Shown piece by piece: positions 25,263 to 38,055 of a stretch of 64,000 nt of DNA. This stretch comes from Novakomyces olei (taxonomy: Eukaryota), in the NCBI GenBank assembly GCA_016906335.1, contig JADEYG010000009.1:682001-746000 (forward strand). The letters are read 5' to 3'. The translations under genes were made by a program, and so were the position numbers. The notes under the pieces are model-generated. The model had not been told where the DNA came from. It made no database searches and worked only from the letters and a program-made list of their open reading frames with translations. The first letter of the stretch is position 1. Every line of letters begins with the position of its first letter.

Positions 25263-25481
25263 GTTATAAATTCAAGACACACGACTCGCTGGTTGCGCAG
25301 CTGACGTATTCTTTGTATATAATATTATTTATTAATGAATGTAAAAGAGCAATTGTCCCGCCGCACTATGGCGCAAGAGCATTCAGGTTTACGCGTCACG
25401 ACGCGCCGGTCGGCAGTGTAAGAAGAGGCACGGCAGATCAAGCAGCCCAATTTTATAGATTTATTTTATAAATTTTCCGGT

Positions 25482-27056
25482 ATGGAGACTCTGTCGCCGA
25501 CGGCCTCTGCAGAGGCAGACTCCTCGGCAGAAACGGTACCGCGTGTGGAGGAATCAGAGCCCTTACTGAGCCGCTCTTTTGCTCCGCCGTCAGTAAGCAA
25601 TCTGCCTCTCCCTTTTCCAGTGTCTAACGCTTATCAGATCGTGTGGCTTTTGCCTGCGCTTTTCCTTTCGGCTGTGATTATGGGCGTCTGTGTCAATGCA
25701 AAGATCAATACAGTGATCGAGATAATCTGCGAGCGGTACTATGCTGCGGGCACTGACCCACTTTTGCTCAGCGGCGAGTGCAATATCCCACAGATACAGG
25801 CTTCGGCAGCCAAAGTCGCGACGGCAATTAACCTGATTACAGGCTCACTGGCCTCACTTACAACGGGCTACTATGGCTCACTCTCGGACCGGTACGGGCG
25901 CCGGGTCACGCTTGCTCTTGCCGCTACTGGCACTCTGGGAATGGACGCGTTTTTCATCCTTACCTGCTTGTACGCGTCGACTTTTGGTCCCAATCTGCTC
26001 CTCGTTGGAGCTGCGATTGACGGACTCTTTGGATCTATGAGTGCCATGATCGCCGGCTGCAGCTGCTACGCTACCGACTGCTCTACCGCAGAGAACAGAT
26101 CGTCCAGATTTGGGCTTTTTTTGGGCTGCTTTTTCATAGGGCTGACCGTTGGGCCCGCAGTGGGTGCCTATGTGACAAGGGCCCTGGGCGGGTACGTCTT
26201 TGTCTTTGGCCTTTCATTTGCCATCCATGCTTTGTTTATCCTGTACACTATATTCGTCCTGCCCGAGTCGCTTTCCGGCAAAAGGCAAAAGGAGGCACGC
26301 ATGCTCTACAATGGACAACAGCACCAGGTGACCCGGTCCCGACGGCTCTCAAATTCAATGGATGTACGGCACCGCTACCGCACCCTGTTCTACGACCCGG
26401 AGCAGAGACATGCTAATATGAATATCATTATCATGTTTGTCCTGGAAGTCGTAAACAGCGTGCCCGTAAATGCCGCACAGTATGAGATTCTGTATGCAAA
26501 ATACAGGTTTAGATGGCAGGATATGGAGCAGGGCCTTTTCGTTTCGTTTATGGGCGCTACTCGCTCAACTGTGCTTTTCATCGTTCTGCCCTCTGTTATA
26601 TATATCTTTCGCAGGTACCATAGGCCACGGCTGTTTCCCAGTGGAGAAGATGGCCGTGAAATGTTGGATGGCGCAACGAGACTCGAAGTCTACTCGGTAC
26701 GAACGAGTTTACTGCTGCAGTCTATCGGGCTTTTACTCATGGCCAGAGCTGCGAGTAACAAGACGTTTTTCATCGCTGCTTTTGTCTCCTCTTTTTCATC
26801 CTTTGGGGCTCCTAATCTGCAATCCGCCCTGACAAAACACGTTCCGCCCGCTAAAGTGGGGGCACTTTTAGGCACTCAAAGCCAGCTACAAGCAATGGCA
26901 CGTGTCTTTGTCCCACTGACTTTTGGGTACATGTATGCGAACACTGTGGGCAGTACTCCACAATTGTTCTTGTACGTCATGTCGGGTACAGCTTTTTTAG
27001 GGTTTATTCTTTCCTTGTGCATTCGCGCCCACGGTATGTCTTTTGGAAAACTATAA
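25482..27056 (+). CDS. Major facilitator superfamily transporter (SLC46/Tet-like, about 12 TM)
   Basis: Intronless 524-aa ORF with motif A GSLSDRYGRR, FVLPESL and GALLG, and many hydrophobic helices. Confidence 0.9.
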   Translation: METLSPTASAEADSSAETVPRVEESEPLLSRSFAPPSVSNLPLPFPVSNAYQIVWLLPALFLSAVIMGVCVNAKINTVIEIICERYYAAGTDPLLLSGECNIPQIQASAAKVATAINLITGSLASLTTGYYGSLSDRYGRRVTLALAATGTLGMDAFFILTCLYASTFGPNLLLVGAAIDGLFGSMSAMIAGCSCYATDCSTAENRSSRFGLFLGCFFIGLTVGPAVGAYVTRALGGYVFVFGLSFAIHALFILYTIFVLPESLSGKRQKEARMLYNGQQHQVTRSRRLSNSMDVRHRYRTLFYDPEQRHANMNIIIMFVLEVVNSVPVNAAQYEILYAKYRFRWQDMEQGLFVSFMGATRSTVLFIVLPSVIYIFRRYHRPRLFPSGEDGREMLDGATRLEVYSVRTSLLLQSIGLLLMARAASNKTFFIAAFVSSFSSFGAPNLQSALTKHVPPAKVGALLGTQSQLQAMARVFVPLTFGYMYANTVGSTPQLFLYVMSGTAFLGFILSLCIRAHGMSFGKL

Positions 27057-27501
27057 TGATCATCCACAATTGTGTTTGGAAAAAATAGTTGAAGAAGAGT
27101 TTAAAAGCGTTGCTGGTCATTATGATTATACTAACAAAACAGCGTTTCAGCATGCCGTTATGGAGGTGGCCGCTTAGATGGGCAAAGTCTAGTGTTTCTT
27201 TGGAGTACGAGTATTTGAGGTTTATGTAGATGTTTATATTCATTTTTGTGTATATGACCCCACGCGATAATCTGATCAGGATATGTGAGACGTAGCTTTA
27301 TTGATGATTAGCTTTCAAGCTCGAGACTTGTCCAAAACCCAGGGAGAACAATAATATCAACTAGATGTGAATAAATACGACTAATTCAAATAATTATATT
27401 TTTTTTTAATGCTCTCCTTTTAATGTTATATTTTGAGGTTATAAACGCTCATATCTAATGTAATTATTACTCTAATACATAAAGTATATGTACATTTCAG
27501 A

Positions 27502-30248
27502 TCAGCCAAAGATGATATCAATGCTCTTGCAAACAACGTTGACAAGGAACGCTTTAGTCAAAGCTTGATCCTGCATTGAATCATGCAGTATATGAAGCGA
27601 CGAGTCACATTGGCCTGAACCAATCAGGGCCTTCAACGAGGCCGGTATAGCTTTACTCAGCGTTTCGAAGGCTTCTTTTCGTAAAGCCTCCGACTCGGCG
27701 GGCCCCAATTGCGAAGGACGGGGCTTCGTGGGCGGCCGTTTGCTCCATATGACGTCAGATGCTTCTTTAATGCCTAAAATAACGAGATCGTTGAGCGTAA
27801 ACTTGTCCAGAATATTTGCACTGATTATATTGCGAGTGTAAGCGGTTAATGTAGGATTATGAGAGAGAAAAGGACGCAATAGCCCGAGCAGCTTTGGCCT
27901 AAAGCCCATAATCATAGGCGGCCTTGAGAGCATCATAAAGTCATTAAGAATGATAAAGACAAGGCTCAATAACGAATGCGCTTCACTTTTGCTCAGAGTC
28001 TGTTTCGGCCGTACGGCAGAGCGAGCAGACGGCAGTTTGGCCGACAAGGCTGCTTCTTTTTCCGAGCCGTTCGTATTGCAATACTCCAGCTCTGAAACGC
28101 AGTCTTGATCTGATAAGGGCGAGCCTCCTACCACTGGACTCGGCACCGGTAACGAGGCTGTTTGAACGCCAGTGCCGTTGCTGTTGCACACCCTCCGGCC
28201 AGCTTGGTCACGAGCCCCGTCTTGATCGGCATTCACGTTTCCTTGCTGGCTCTCTTGCTCAACGTCCTCTTCCTCTTCCGCGTCCTCATTTTCCAAAGGC
28301 CCCTCGTCTGCATCGCCTTCAGAGGAAACAGGAAGGCCATGCGTCCGAGATCGAAGGATACGGTTCAAAATGTACTGAGGTCCGGCAGCAAGGCCGTTGC
28401 TTAAAAGCACAGAGCGAACGCCTTTGCCCAGCTGAGACTTTACCAGACCTGCTCCGGCGAGAGGAAGCATGACTATATCCCTGCCCAAATTCTGGAGACT
28501 ATTCACGGTTTTGCCCACACTGGAAGACCCCAGTTTATGAGCGCTGTTGGCCGCTTGACGAAAGGCAAACTTGGGTGATCGTGGCGACGAGTATTTCATA
28601 TCGTTCGGGCCCACACGCGAGCTCAGGAACCGATGGAGCCGTGGGCTTTCGGACAAGAGATGATCAGAGAGAAGCGAGTTGATAAAAGTGTACAAGTGCG
28701 CTTCCAGCGACGCGTACGTATATTGCTTGTAGCTTTTCAAAGAGACACGGGGCCCGTCTCCTGGAGTAAAGTTACCCAGCCGGTAACACTTGTCCACAAA
28801 GGCTTCAAGTTGCTGAAAATCCTCGTACGATCGGGATGTTTCGGAAATGAACTTGTGCTGACTATTGTACATTTCAATTCGAACATAAAAATCATGCTTG
28901 CCGCTAATCGGCTTTGTTTTCGCTGTGTCCTTGTACGGCACAACAGAAACAACACAGCTTTGAGCAGTCCGATCGGGCCGGCTGTCTGCGAAATCCTCCA
29001 CGTTTGTAAAGGAGACGGCAGATTCACTTGCCCGCCGACGAGATCCCAGTTCTGATTTAGCATAATCTTGCACGAAATCGTGCCAGTCTCCAGTCCGGCA
29101 CTGGGCTTCTCGCACTGCACGATTCACTATATCATCTGCCTCATCAAAGAACTGGTGCTGGCCCAATTGCCGCACAATAAACGAATTGATTTCGTTTGGG
29201 TTACTTGCAAGATTAATTGCATTTTCAAGAACTTTAATTGTTAAAAGATCCGTCGCAAAGGTACGGACGGGCGAACAGTTTTGCTCTTCCTGCCTGCTGA
29301 ATCTTTCGAGTAGAAAAGCTGACAAAATTTTTAGCTGTTCTCGTTGTAAAAGCGGATCCGCCATTGAAGCAAGTGTGCTATCGGGGAAAGCCTCACAGTA
29401 CTGCTGCACACTAAGACTACAATTTGAAGCGTGACTAATCTCGCCAAGTAATACGCGTACACTGGATAAAACTCCTTTTGAAATGGCAACAAACGTATTT
29501 TTGAGATCGAGATCGCTCAAGACCTCGTACACTTTTTCAAAGGACGTGTTCATCGCCACCTTGCACTCTTCCGGGAACTCTTTACCCAAATGCAGTTCGT
29601 CGTACCATGAATGTATCTGATATTAGGGAAAATATGAAAATAAGGAAATATGAAATTAAAAAACTGAGCAAAAGAAAGAAACGGAGTGGAAAATTATAAA
29701 CCTCCGACATGAATGAGTGGAAGCAACAAGAATATAAAAGCGCAAACTAAAATGACAAGCAAATGATATTACAAATAAAGTGCGTTGGTGGAAAAAGGTC
29801 AAAACAATGGCATCTTGATTCTTTGAAATAAGCAAAAAACAATAAATAAGATCTGGCTTCAAGATATTGCGTGGAATAAAACGACACGCAACATTGCCAA
29901 AATATCAGCAATTATCCTTACAAAGCTGCGCATTAAATGATCAGAAAACTGATCTACCTGGGTCGCGATACAGTCCGGAATGATTTGTTTTGAAGAACCA
30001 CTATATCCTTTCAGCCCACAATATTTGCGCAAACATATCGTTCTCTGTACTTACAGTTTTTTAAAATGATTGGCCCTGTTTCGTGACGATTTTGCACGCT
30101 GCCGGCCAGTTTCTGATACAAACGGCTTCATATCCTCCATCATGACAAGAGTCTGAACAACGATACCAATCCCAGTCCCTGCCAGAATATAAGTCACTGG
30201 GCAGGCGACATATTGCCAGACGAGGGCCAGGATGGCTAAAAGACCCAT
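27502..30248 (-). CDS. PXA-PX-(Nexin_C) sorting nexin / Mdm1-related protein; at least 3 exons, start uncertain
   Basis: N-terminal hydrophobic exon; spliced LMRSF|IHSWY (PXA signature); PX-like RSYEDFQQLE...RFLS; C-terminal IPASLKALIG...LHDSMQ. Confidence 0.72.
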
Positions 30249-31163
30249 ACACAAGGTCAAAGTCTAGCACTGTGCAGGTGCTTGCAATCTTTACACTGGC
30301 CGTTGCATACACAAAATCCTTGCCTTGACTAGCACCCGTATGCCGCGTCATTATTGACTGCCGTAATAAACGAACTTGGGGCATGCGAGACCTAATTTTC
30401 CCATGGACTGGTGATACTAGCGGCTTTGTCTCCACGTGACATTATTTTCTTTATTTTTTTCATTTATCCATCTCATCTGTCTCGTGACAGCAGTAAAGAG
30501 TAGTAATGTCACGTGCAGGTTTGGTTGTCAAGTCATATTGACCAAACTCTCTTGTCAAAAGTATCGTGCACCCAATCGACGGTGGAAACTGGACATCGGT
30601 ACTTTTGCCAATATGTGAAACGCCAGTGATCAGCACACATGTTCTCCCGCGAGAAATTGCTTGACGACTATTTAGTATTCCGATCAAAAAATATATATAT
30701 TCACAAGTACGTAGCGTTTGTGCTCACGGGACAAGTCGGTTTCGGCACTTTACTGCTCCTTTACAGGATTGCTAGAGTCGCTATTAAATGTTTTTATTAT
30801 TTTGTCACTATTATTTGCCAATATTAATATGTCACAAGAATTTATAATATATTTTGTCATATTTGCTGCTATTATTTATGAATGTATTAATTGGTCTGGG
30901 GAAGAAGGGCACGTACTATAATAGATTATATTCGCCGAGAATGACTGAAACACATACTATTAAAAAAAAATCCCGACAAGATTACATAGATAATTGATAA
31001 CTGTTTGGCCGTAACGTCACATGTGGATAATACAACCCTTATCACGCACAGCAACCCGTTTACATTACTTGCTAATATCTACCAGATGACCTCTGCGCGT
31101 AGCGTTACATAAACATACTGTCTGTATACAGTAATTTATTTATTCTTCTATTTTTCGATCTAT

Positions 31164-31198
<35 letters not shown>

Positions 31199-31386
31199 TC
31201 TATTTATTTATAATATAAACATTGTTTTGCATGTAAACAAAGACCAGGAAGGCTGCTTGAGCCCCAACTAGTGTCAGCCAATACATAGCCTGGCTGAGCA
31301 ATGGACTGAGTACTGGGATTGGCGTCCTTTCCCCAGCACAGTTTCTAGTACACTCGTACCCGGTCCAGCGACTATCTTGCCTAATT

Positions 31387-32343
31387 ATGGAGAGCGGCCA
31401 ATACCCAGCTTTCAGGGCGCCAGGGTTACGGCCCGCTCCCTTGTTGCAGCCGCACAAAGTCTTGCAGGCGGTCAATATGAACACGGAAGCCTCTGGTTCG
31501 GTGGGAAAATCTCCGTCAAAATCTTTGGCATTATCAAACGATTCTCCGGTAGCGTCATTGTCAAATTTCTCTACAAACTCTTCACTGTCCTTTGCGGGAC
31601 CACCACTGCCCAAACTTTTGGCAGAGAGCCGTATGGTTGCGGACATTCATGCCGCAGGAGACAGCGAGACCGCGTCTTTTTCCACAATATCGAATGAAAG
31701 GAGCGGCCATTCTCACACAGAAAGCGAGAGCGGCGCCTCAAGACCCTCGGATTTAAGCTCGCTCAGAAACATCGAATCCTGGCTGGGCCAGAACAGCACA
31801 ATTAGTCTGACAAACAGCCAAAATTCGTCTTACTACCGCGATGTACAGGCGCAGGATAAGGAGCTGGACAATGCTATTATTCAGTTCCCCGCTCCGCCCC
31901 TGCGGTCCGCTAAACAGCAGGATGCCAGGAGCGAAGAGCGCTGGAGTCAGCTTATGGTTATCGTTCCCGCTCACAATCTCAGTACAGCGCAAACCTATGG
32001 CGGGCGAGCAGGAGGAGGAGGAAGAGGAGGAGGGCATTTGGAAAAGCAAGACGTCTACTTTCCCCATACCAACTTGGCAAAGGACAAGGATATTTGCTCA
32101 GCGGATGGGGTACATTATGGTATAGTCGCACGAATTGCGCTTGTATGCCTCGGACTGGCCTTCCCGCCAATCTGGCTATTGTACGGCTCAGGTATTTGCG
32201 AACCTTACCTTCCAGACCTTTTCTATGATACCCATCGATCGCAAGCACGATTGATACGCTTAGTTTCTTTAATTCTTGGCACAGTTTGCTTTCTGGCCAC
32301 AACGGCATGCCTTATTGTCGGGCTTGTGCTGGCAGAGACATGA
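31387..32343 (+). CDS. Membrane protein with Ser-rich N-terminus and two C-terminal TM helices, Bud8/Bud9-like
   Basis: 318-aa ORF ending ALVCLGLAFPPIWLLYGSG...IRLVSLILGTVCFLATTACLIVGLVLAET. Confidence 0.7.
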   Translation: MESGQYPAFRAPGLRPAPLLQPHKVLQAVNMNTEASGSVGKSPSKSLALSNDSPVASLSNFSTNSSLSFAGPPLPKLLAESRMVADIHAAGDSETASFSTISNERSGHSHTESESGASRPSDLSSLRNIESWLGQNSTISLTNSQNSSYYRDVQAQDKELDNAIIQFPAPPLRSAKQQDARSEERWSQLMVIVPAHNLSTAQTYGGRAGGGGRGGGHLEKQDVYFPHTNLAKDKDICSADGVHYGIVARIALVCLGLAFPPIWLLYGSGICEPYLPDLFYDTHRSQARLIRLVSLILGTVCFLATTACLIVGLVLAET

Positions 32344-32469
32344 TTATTTTTTGGGTAGTGACGATCGAAACCGCATAGAGTTGAGTTTCGATTTGACTGT
32401 ATATATTTCTTAATTTCGTTCACATGATCAACTAAAGGCGTCCATCCATCCAGTAATAAAATCATCTAA

Positions 32470-32960
32470 TCAAGCATTGTCGCCTTTCTCTTGTGGCATT
32501 TTATCAAGTATACACATTAATCGGGGCAGTTTTGCGGCCGACGCTAACAGTTTCTCATTTTCCTGCGACACTACCCTCATATCGCAGTGCGAGCGCTCAC
32601 ATAAAAGCCCTAAATGGCCGCGCATAACGTCTGTTTTAGGCCCACCGCATACGTACAAGACGTAAGAGCTTGCAGTATCTCGAGCTTTCAAGAGTTCTGC
32701 TGTTGACGCGTTCAGGCCAAGAACTAACCGTTTGCGCCAAGACTGTGCCGGCCGATTTCGCAGTAATTCGCACAGCTCTCCCACCCGGCGATCTTCTTCG
32801 TCGCCAGTTAGAGGAACACTAAACGTTAGCCATTGGCTCATAAATGCACCTACCCAGCGGCTGCTTTGACCAATATTGGAGAGTCCAGGATCTGCTTTTG
32901 TTTTTTCTTTGCCGATTTTTGTTTTGCGGTTCCTGCATTTGTGCTTGACGCTTGCTTCAT
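32470..32960 (-). CDS. POP3: RNase P/MRP subunit Pop3 (L7Ae-like). Exons 32960-32854 and 32818-32470.
   Basis: MKQASS...KQILDSP spliced over a 35-nt GTAGGT...CTAAC...TAG intron to LVLGLNAST...YVLYVC. Confidence 0.65.
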
Positions 32961-33006
32961 CGTGCAATGGGCATTTTCAACAGTAATGGTGCCAATTGGC
33001 TAACTG

Positions 33007-33150
33007 AATAATAATTAGAAATAATAATTAGAAATAATAATTAGAAATAATAATTAGGAAAAATAATTAGAAAATATAGAAATAGTAATTGGAATCAATA
33101 ATTAGAATCGAGAATGGGAATCAATATTTAGGAATAATAATTAGAAAATA
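33007..33150. repeat. Degenerate 13-mer repeat (AATAATAATTAGA) in the divergent Pop3/Ku70 intergenic region
   Basis: Directly visible. Confidence 0.85.
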
Positions 33151-33306
33151 CAACTGAAATAACGAACTAAAAGCTTGAATATAAAACAATAATTCATGGC
33201 TATACAAAACATTTGGAGAAATGTAGATCTTTAATCAATGATGTATCGAAAATAAACGTAATTCGCATTTCGTACCAGTGTCGTACTCGACTTGGCATAG
33301 CGTAGA

Positions 33307-35363
33307 ATGGACGAGGACATTGCCGAGGACGATGGGAACAATCCCGATTTTGCCGTATGTGCCATTTAAGTGGTGGGCTTGTCTAACTAAATTTGCAGGA
33401 CTACGAATCGGAAAAAGACGCGCTTTTGTTCGTGTTGGACGTTAGCGCCAGTATGACAATGAAACAGGAATCTGCACCGAGCGCAGCCCGCAGTTCTCTT
33501 GAATGCATTTACCAGATACTATTGCAAAAAATAATCTCAACGCCAAACGATATGCTGGGCCTGATGCTTTACAATAGCGTAATCTAGTGCTATTTTGCCT
33601 GACTCCTCTCTAACATGTCTGACCTGCTTTAGAAACAAACTAGAGTGGAAAATACTACAATGTTTCCCCACTTTTACGAGCTGATTCCACTCGGATATCC
33701 CGACGCTAACGCGGTGAAAACGCTGAAGCGCTTGCTTTCAGGTATCCATCCCTTGCACGACTAGGCTAAGCGATAGATGACGCAATGTACGATGAGGTAA
33801 TGGAGTCCGATGGAGAGTCTGTGCCCTTGAGCAATGTTTTCTTTTGCGCTAATCAAGCAATATCAAAGAGGTACGAACGTTAAAAGGTATCTCCGTTTCC
33901 TATACTAACGCCAGTGCCGGCACTTATTCATCTAAACGAATAATGCTGATTACAAACTGTGACGATCCCCATCCCAACGATAAGGCTGCACGGAAAGCTG
34001 CCGCTATCAGGGCCCGAGATCTGTATGACTTGGGCATCAAGATAGAGCCCTTTTTCGTCGAACTTGCTTGCCAGAAATTCGATATTTCAAAGTTTTACGA
34101 AGATCTGCTTTTACCCCTGGTAGATGATGATGGAGACAATGACGAAATCGCTCCTCAAATAGATCTAGTGGCACAAGGCCGGCTGCAGTTTCAGGATATG
34201 CTGAACCGTATACGTTCTCGACAAGTACAAAAAAGAGCTATATTTAGTCTTTTGGTGGAGTTGGGAAAGGACGTGCGAATAGGAGTAAAGGGCTATATTA
34301 TATTCAAAAGGCAATCTCTCGCCAAATCGCATTGGGTCTATACGCATAGAGAAGTCCCCAAAATTGTCAAGCCGGATACCAAATTGATTGACGCGCGTAC
34401 ATCAATGGAACTGGGGAAGCAAAACATAAAAAGCTCGTATAAATTTGGAGGGGAAACAATCACGTTTGACGAGTCTGAAATGAGCCAAGATATTCGCGGG
34501 TGCTTTGGTCAGGGCCCTATTTTGCGGATCATTGGGTTCCAATCGCGCGACAAGCTCAAGTTTTGGCACAATGTTCGTCCTTCATATTTTATTTATCCAT
34601 CAGAAAGCAGTGTTGTTGGAAGCACACGGACTTTTGCAGCTCTGCACAAGTCTATGTTGGAGCTGAACAAGATTGCGATTGCATGGTTTATGCCCAGGAA
34701 ATCTGCGAGTCCTAGTTTCGTGGCAATGATGGCCTGTGGGGAAAACAAGCCGGACTATTCTCTAAGCAAAACGGGTTTAGCGGCCACTATGCCTTCAACG
34801 CCGGGTATTTATTTAATACAGATACCCACGCTGGACGATATTCGCCAATGTCCCATCGAATCCTCGGATAAAGCTTCAGATGACCTAGTCGATTGTATGA
34901 ATGATGTTATTGGCAAGCTCAAATTGAAAGGAGAGTTTGATCCCTTGCGATACCCGAACCCATCGCTTCAATGGCAATATAAAGTCTTGCAGGCCATTGC
35001 CCTGGAGGAAGATATGCCTATGCCTGACCCTGACGCTTCACTGCCAAAGTATGATATTATTCAAGAGGTATGGAGATTATGCTTTATCTACATTTATATA
35101 CACAATAATGATATATATAGATATTATGATGATTTGCCAACTTTAATCATACTAACAGCAAATTTAGCACGCTGGCCAAGCTATTTCCCAGTGGCACAAG
35201 TGTTTTCAAAAAGCGCAAGAGCAAGATCATACACCGAAACCGAAACCGGGGACCAAGAAAAAGGCAAGAGCCGCATCCAAACCAGAAAAGGAGATAATGG
35301 TAATTGCTGAGTAAGTTTAAGCCCATACTGACTATGCAGGTCAAAAAACAAAAACAGCGATAG
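33307..35363 (+). CDS. KU70: Ku70 DNA end-binding subunit; about 7 exons, the last ones 35168-35299 and 35340-35363
   Basis: DALLFVLDVSASM, KIISTPNDMLGL, KRIMLITNCDDP, IGVKGY, YKFGGE, LRIIGF, FIYPSESSVVGSTRTF, YPNPSLQWQYKVLQAIALEE. Confidence 0.95.
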
Positions 35364-35494
35364 AAAAGATGGCTTTATCTAAAGACACGGCGTTTGCCAG
35401 CGTTGCTTGGTTCGATTATCGCTTACACTCCAACACATACTATCCAGGAGGGACGAACCAGACCAAGCTGGCTGCTGATTTAAAAAATATTAAA

Positions 35495-37253
35495 TTATGC
35501 ATCAGACTCGCCTCTAGCGTACCGACGTTCAGGGCCACGGTAAGTGCCCACACCTTGAACATGAGTGTCAGGGTTCGAGTAATCGACCCACGGTTTCTGT
35601 GATTCACCCTTTATATTCAACATTGTGAAATAAACAAGCAATCCGCCGACCGTCAGTATGAAGGCGACCGGGTACAGCCAGTATACAGAGTATCCAAAAA
35701 GACCAACTCCGATAATGAGACCTGGATAGACGTTCAGCAGCTGGGCATTGAAACGCTGTTTCGAAAGTATCAAGGGAATTCAGCGAAAATGAATGCTATA
35801 CGAAAAAGCAATGCAGAAATGAACACGTATATTTTATATTAAATACAAGTCAGCATTTTGCAGATAAAAAGCCAACCTGCAAAATAGAGGAAATTGTAAA
35901 GAAAAAAAGGTGCTCAAACAAAATGTATGAGAACCCACAAAGCAATTTGAACACGTACCCCAAAAATCGGATGTTAGAATAGAGATATTGTAGAACGATG
36001 CACTTGACATGCGAAGAATAATCGGAACGAGCGAGTAGAGCAGCCACATACACAGAGTGTAGCCAGCCAAGTAGCCGCCAAGCTGATTATTCCAGGGAAC
36101 ATTGGCGATAGAGTGACGCTCAAAAATCACACAAATGATCCCATTTATAATAACGCCCCATGAGCCCCTAAAGTTAGCAAAAGGTTGACAACAAAGACGA
36201 TAAAAAGATGATACGAGTAAGAAATTAAAAAACGAATAAATGAACAAGACAGTAAGAAAACACGACAAAGGTATCAAGCTAATCCCTACATTTGACCAAC
36301 AACAACGTATAAAGGCTGCTTCGTGACCAAAAACTCTTCGAGAACGTTTGAAACACCATAACACGAAGCACCTGCCAACATGAACAAATCCCCCTTTACC
36401 CGGTTTGCAGCCTGGTAATTTTTGCCAGTTAAAACATCCGAAACCGTGAGGAGAGCAAGGCCGCCAATGCACATCGCAATACCCGTAATCTGAGTCCAGT
36501 GATAGCGGACTTCAAGGAAAATAAAGCTCAAAATGACGCACACAACCGTAGCCCATCCATCAAGCAATTGGCACGATAAAAGATTGGAGTATGCGTAAGC
36601 CATAACGACCAAATAATTGCCCACCACATCAAACAGGGACAAAATTGCAAATTTCCAGCCCTCGCGGTACAGCATAATAGCATAGCTTTTAATGCCCAAT
36701 TTATAAACCGAGAAAAAGGCGTACGTCACAGTTAATAAACAGTAGTTCAGGAATGACTGAAACGCCGGAATGTTGGCATTCTGAGCAGTAATGTCTGAAA
36801 CGTTAGTTCTAACGAAAAAATCGTAAGACAAGGAAACAAAAAGGCAAAAGATTGAGTTTAAAAAAGAAAAACCAAAGAAAATGCGGTCTCTGATTCTTCC
36901 GAGGCACAAATTAATAGTTCATAATCAAAAGAAGAACAGAATGAAAACTTACATGTAGTAAACGTGTTTGTGCCAGTAATGCACCACGATAAAATCTGTC
37001 CGATAAGAAGTGCGATCCAGAAATTTTTATGGAAAACTGCTTGAAACGGTTTTGCTCCAGGATCCTTTTGAGAGTAAAAAAGACGCTGCCAAATCGATTT
37101 CTTTTGCGGCGTGGGGTAATGGCTATCGTCGGCCTGCACATCGATGACCGTCTGCTTTACTGACCCCGCTCCTTCAATTCCCGTTTCGATCTTTCCCATA
37201 TTTTCTGTATCCTCGTATTTTGCATCTCTTATTTGTACGCTGTCTTGACCCAT
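35495..37253 (-). CDS. SLC35F-type (DMT superfamily) membrane transporter, multi-exon
   Basis: GQILSWCITGTNTFT, NIPAFQSFLNY, DVVGNYLVVMAYAYSNLLSCQLLD, GDLFMLAGASCYGVSNVLEE, RMSSASFYNISILTSDFW. Confidence 0.88.
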
Positions 37254-37564
37254 CCTTTAACTGAGTTTGGGGAGCTTTTTGATTGGGTTCGGTCGCCAGT
37301 GTGTCGAAGACTAAAAAATTAAAACAAAAACTTCAAACGTCTCGCGAAATTAGAGATCAGCAAGTACAATTATGTAATCTCCTATATATTACATTATTCT
37401 CTCTTCTACCAGTCGCATAATAAAAATTCCACTAGAAATATTGATTATATTTTTTTTGAAAATCGGTCTAATCAATAATCAATAATAAAAAAATGGATGA
37501 GACTGATGTAAATGCGACGGAAAATTGTTGAATTACAAAAAATAATAATAATACCAATTAATTA

Positions 37565-37870
37565 ATAATTGAACAATTGAATAATTGAATAATTGAATAA
37601 TTGAATAATTGAATAATTGAATAATTGAATAATTGAATAATTGAATAATTGAATAATTGAATAATTGAACAATTGAATAATTGAATAATTGAATAATTGA
37701 ATAATTGAATAATTGAATAATTGAATAACTGAATAATTGAATAGTTGAATAGTTGAATAGTTGAATAGTTGAATAGTTGAATAGTTGAATAGTTGAATAG
37801 TTGAATAGTTGAATAGTTGAATAGTTGAATAGTTGAATAGTTGAATAGTTGAATAGTTGAATAGTTGAAT
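37565..37870. repeat. Compound octamer microsatellite, (AATTGAAT) about 22 copies then (AGTTGAAT) about 16 copies
   Basis: Directly visible; source of pseudo-ORF 37558-37875. Confidence 0.98.
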
Positions 37871-38055
37871 ATCAAAATTAAGACGGTGGCTTTTAGTTAC
37901 CCAGCAGCTGATATCTTAATTTATTTGCTATTGATGTACAAATGAACTAAACTATTCCGAAGACAGACAAAAATTGCAAAGATATTCACGACAGTCGTTC
38001 ATATCATACGACAAACTGATTACACAACAGCAATCTAATTACACAGTAAGCTAAA

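Noticed and set aside
37558-37875. Repetitive ORF (IQLFNYST)n
   Set aside because: Artefact of the octamer repeat.
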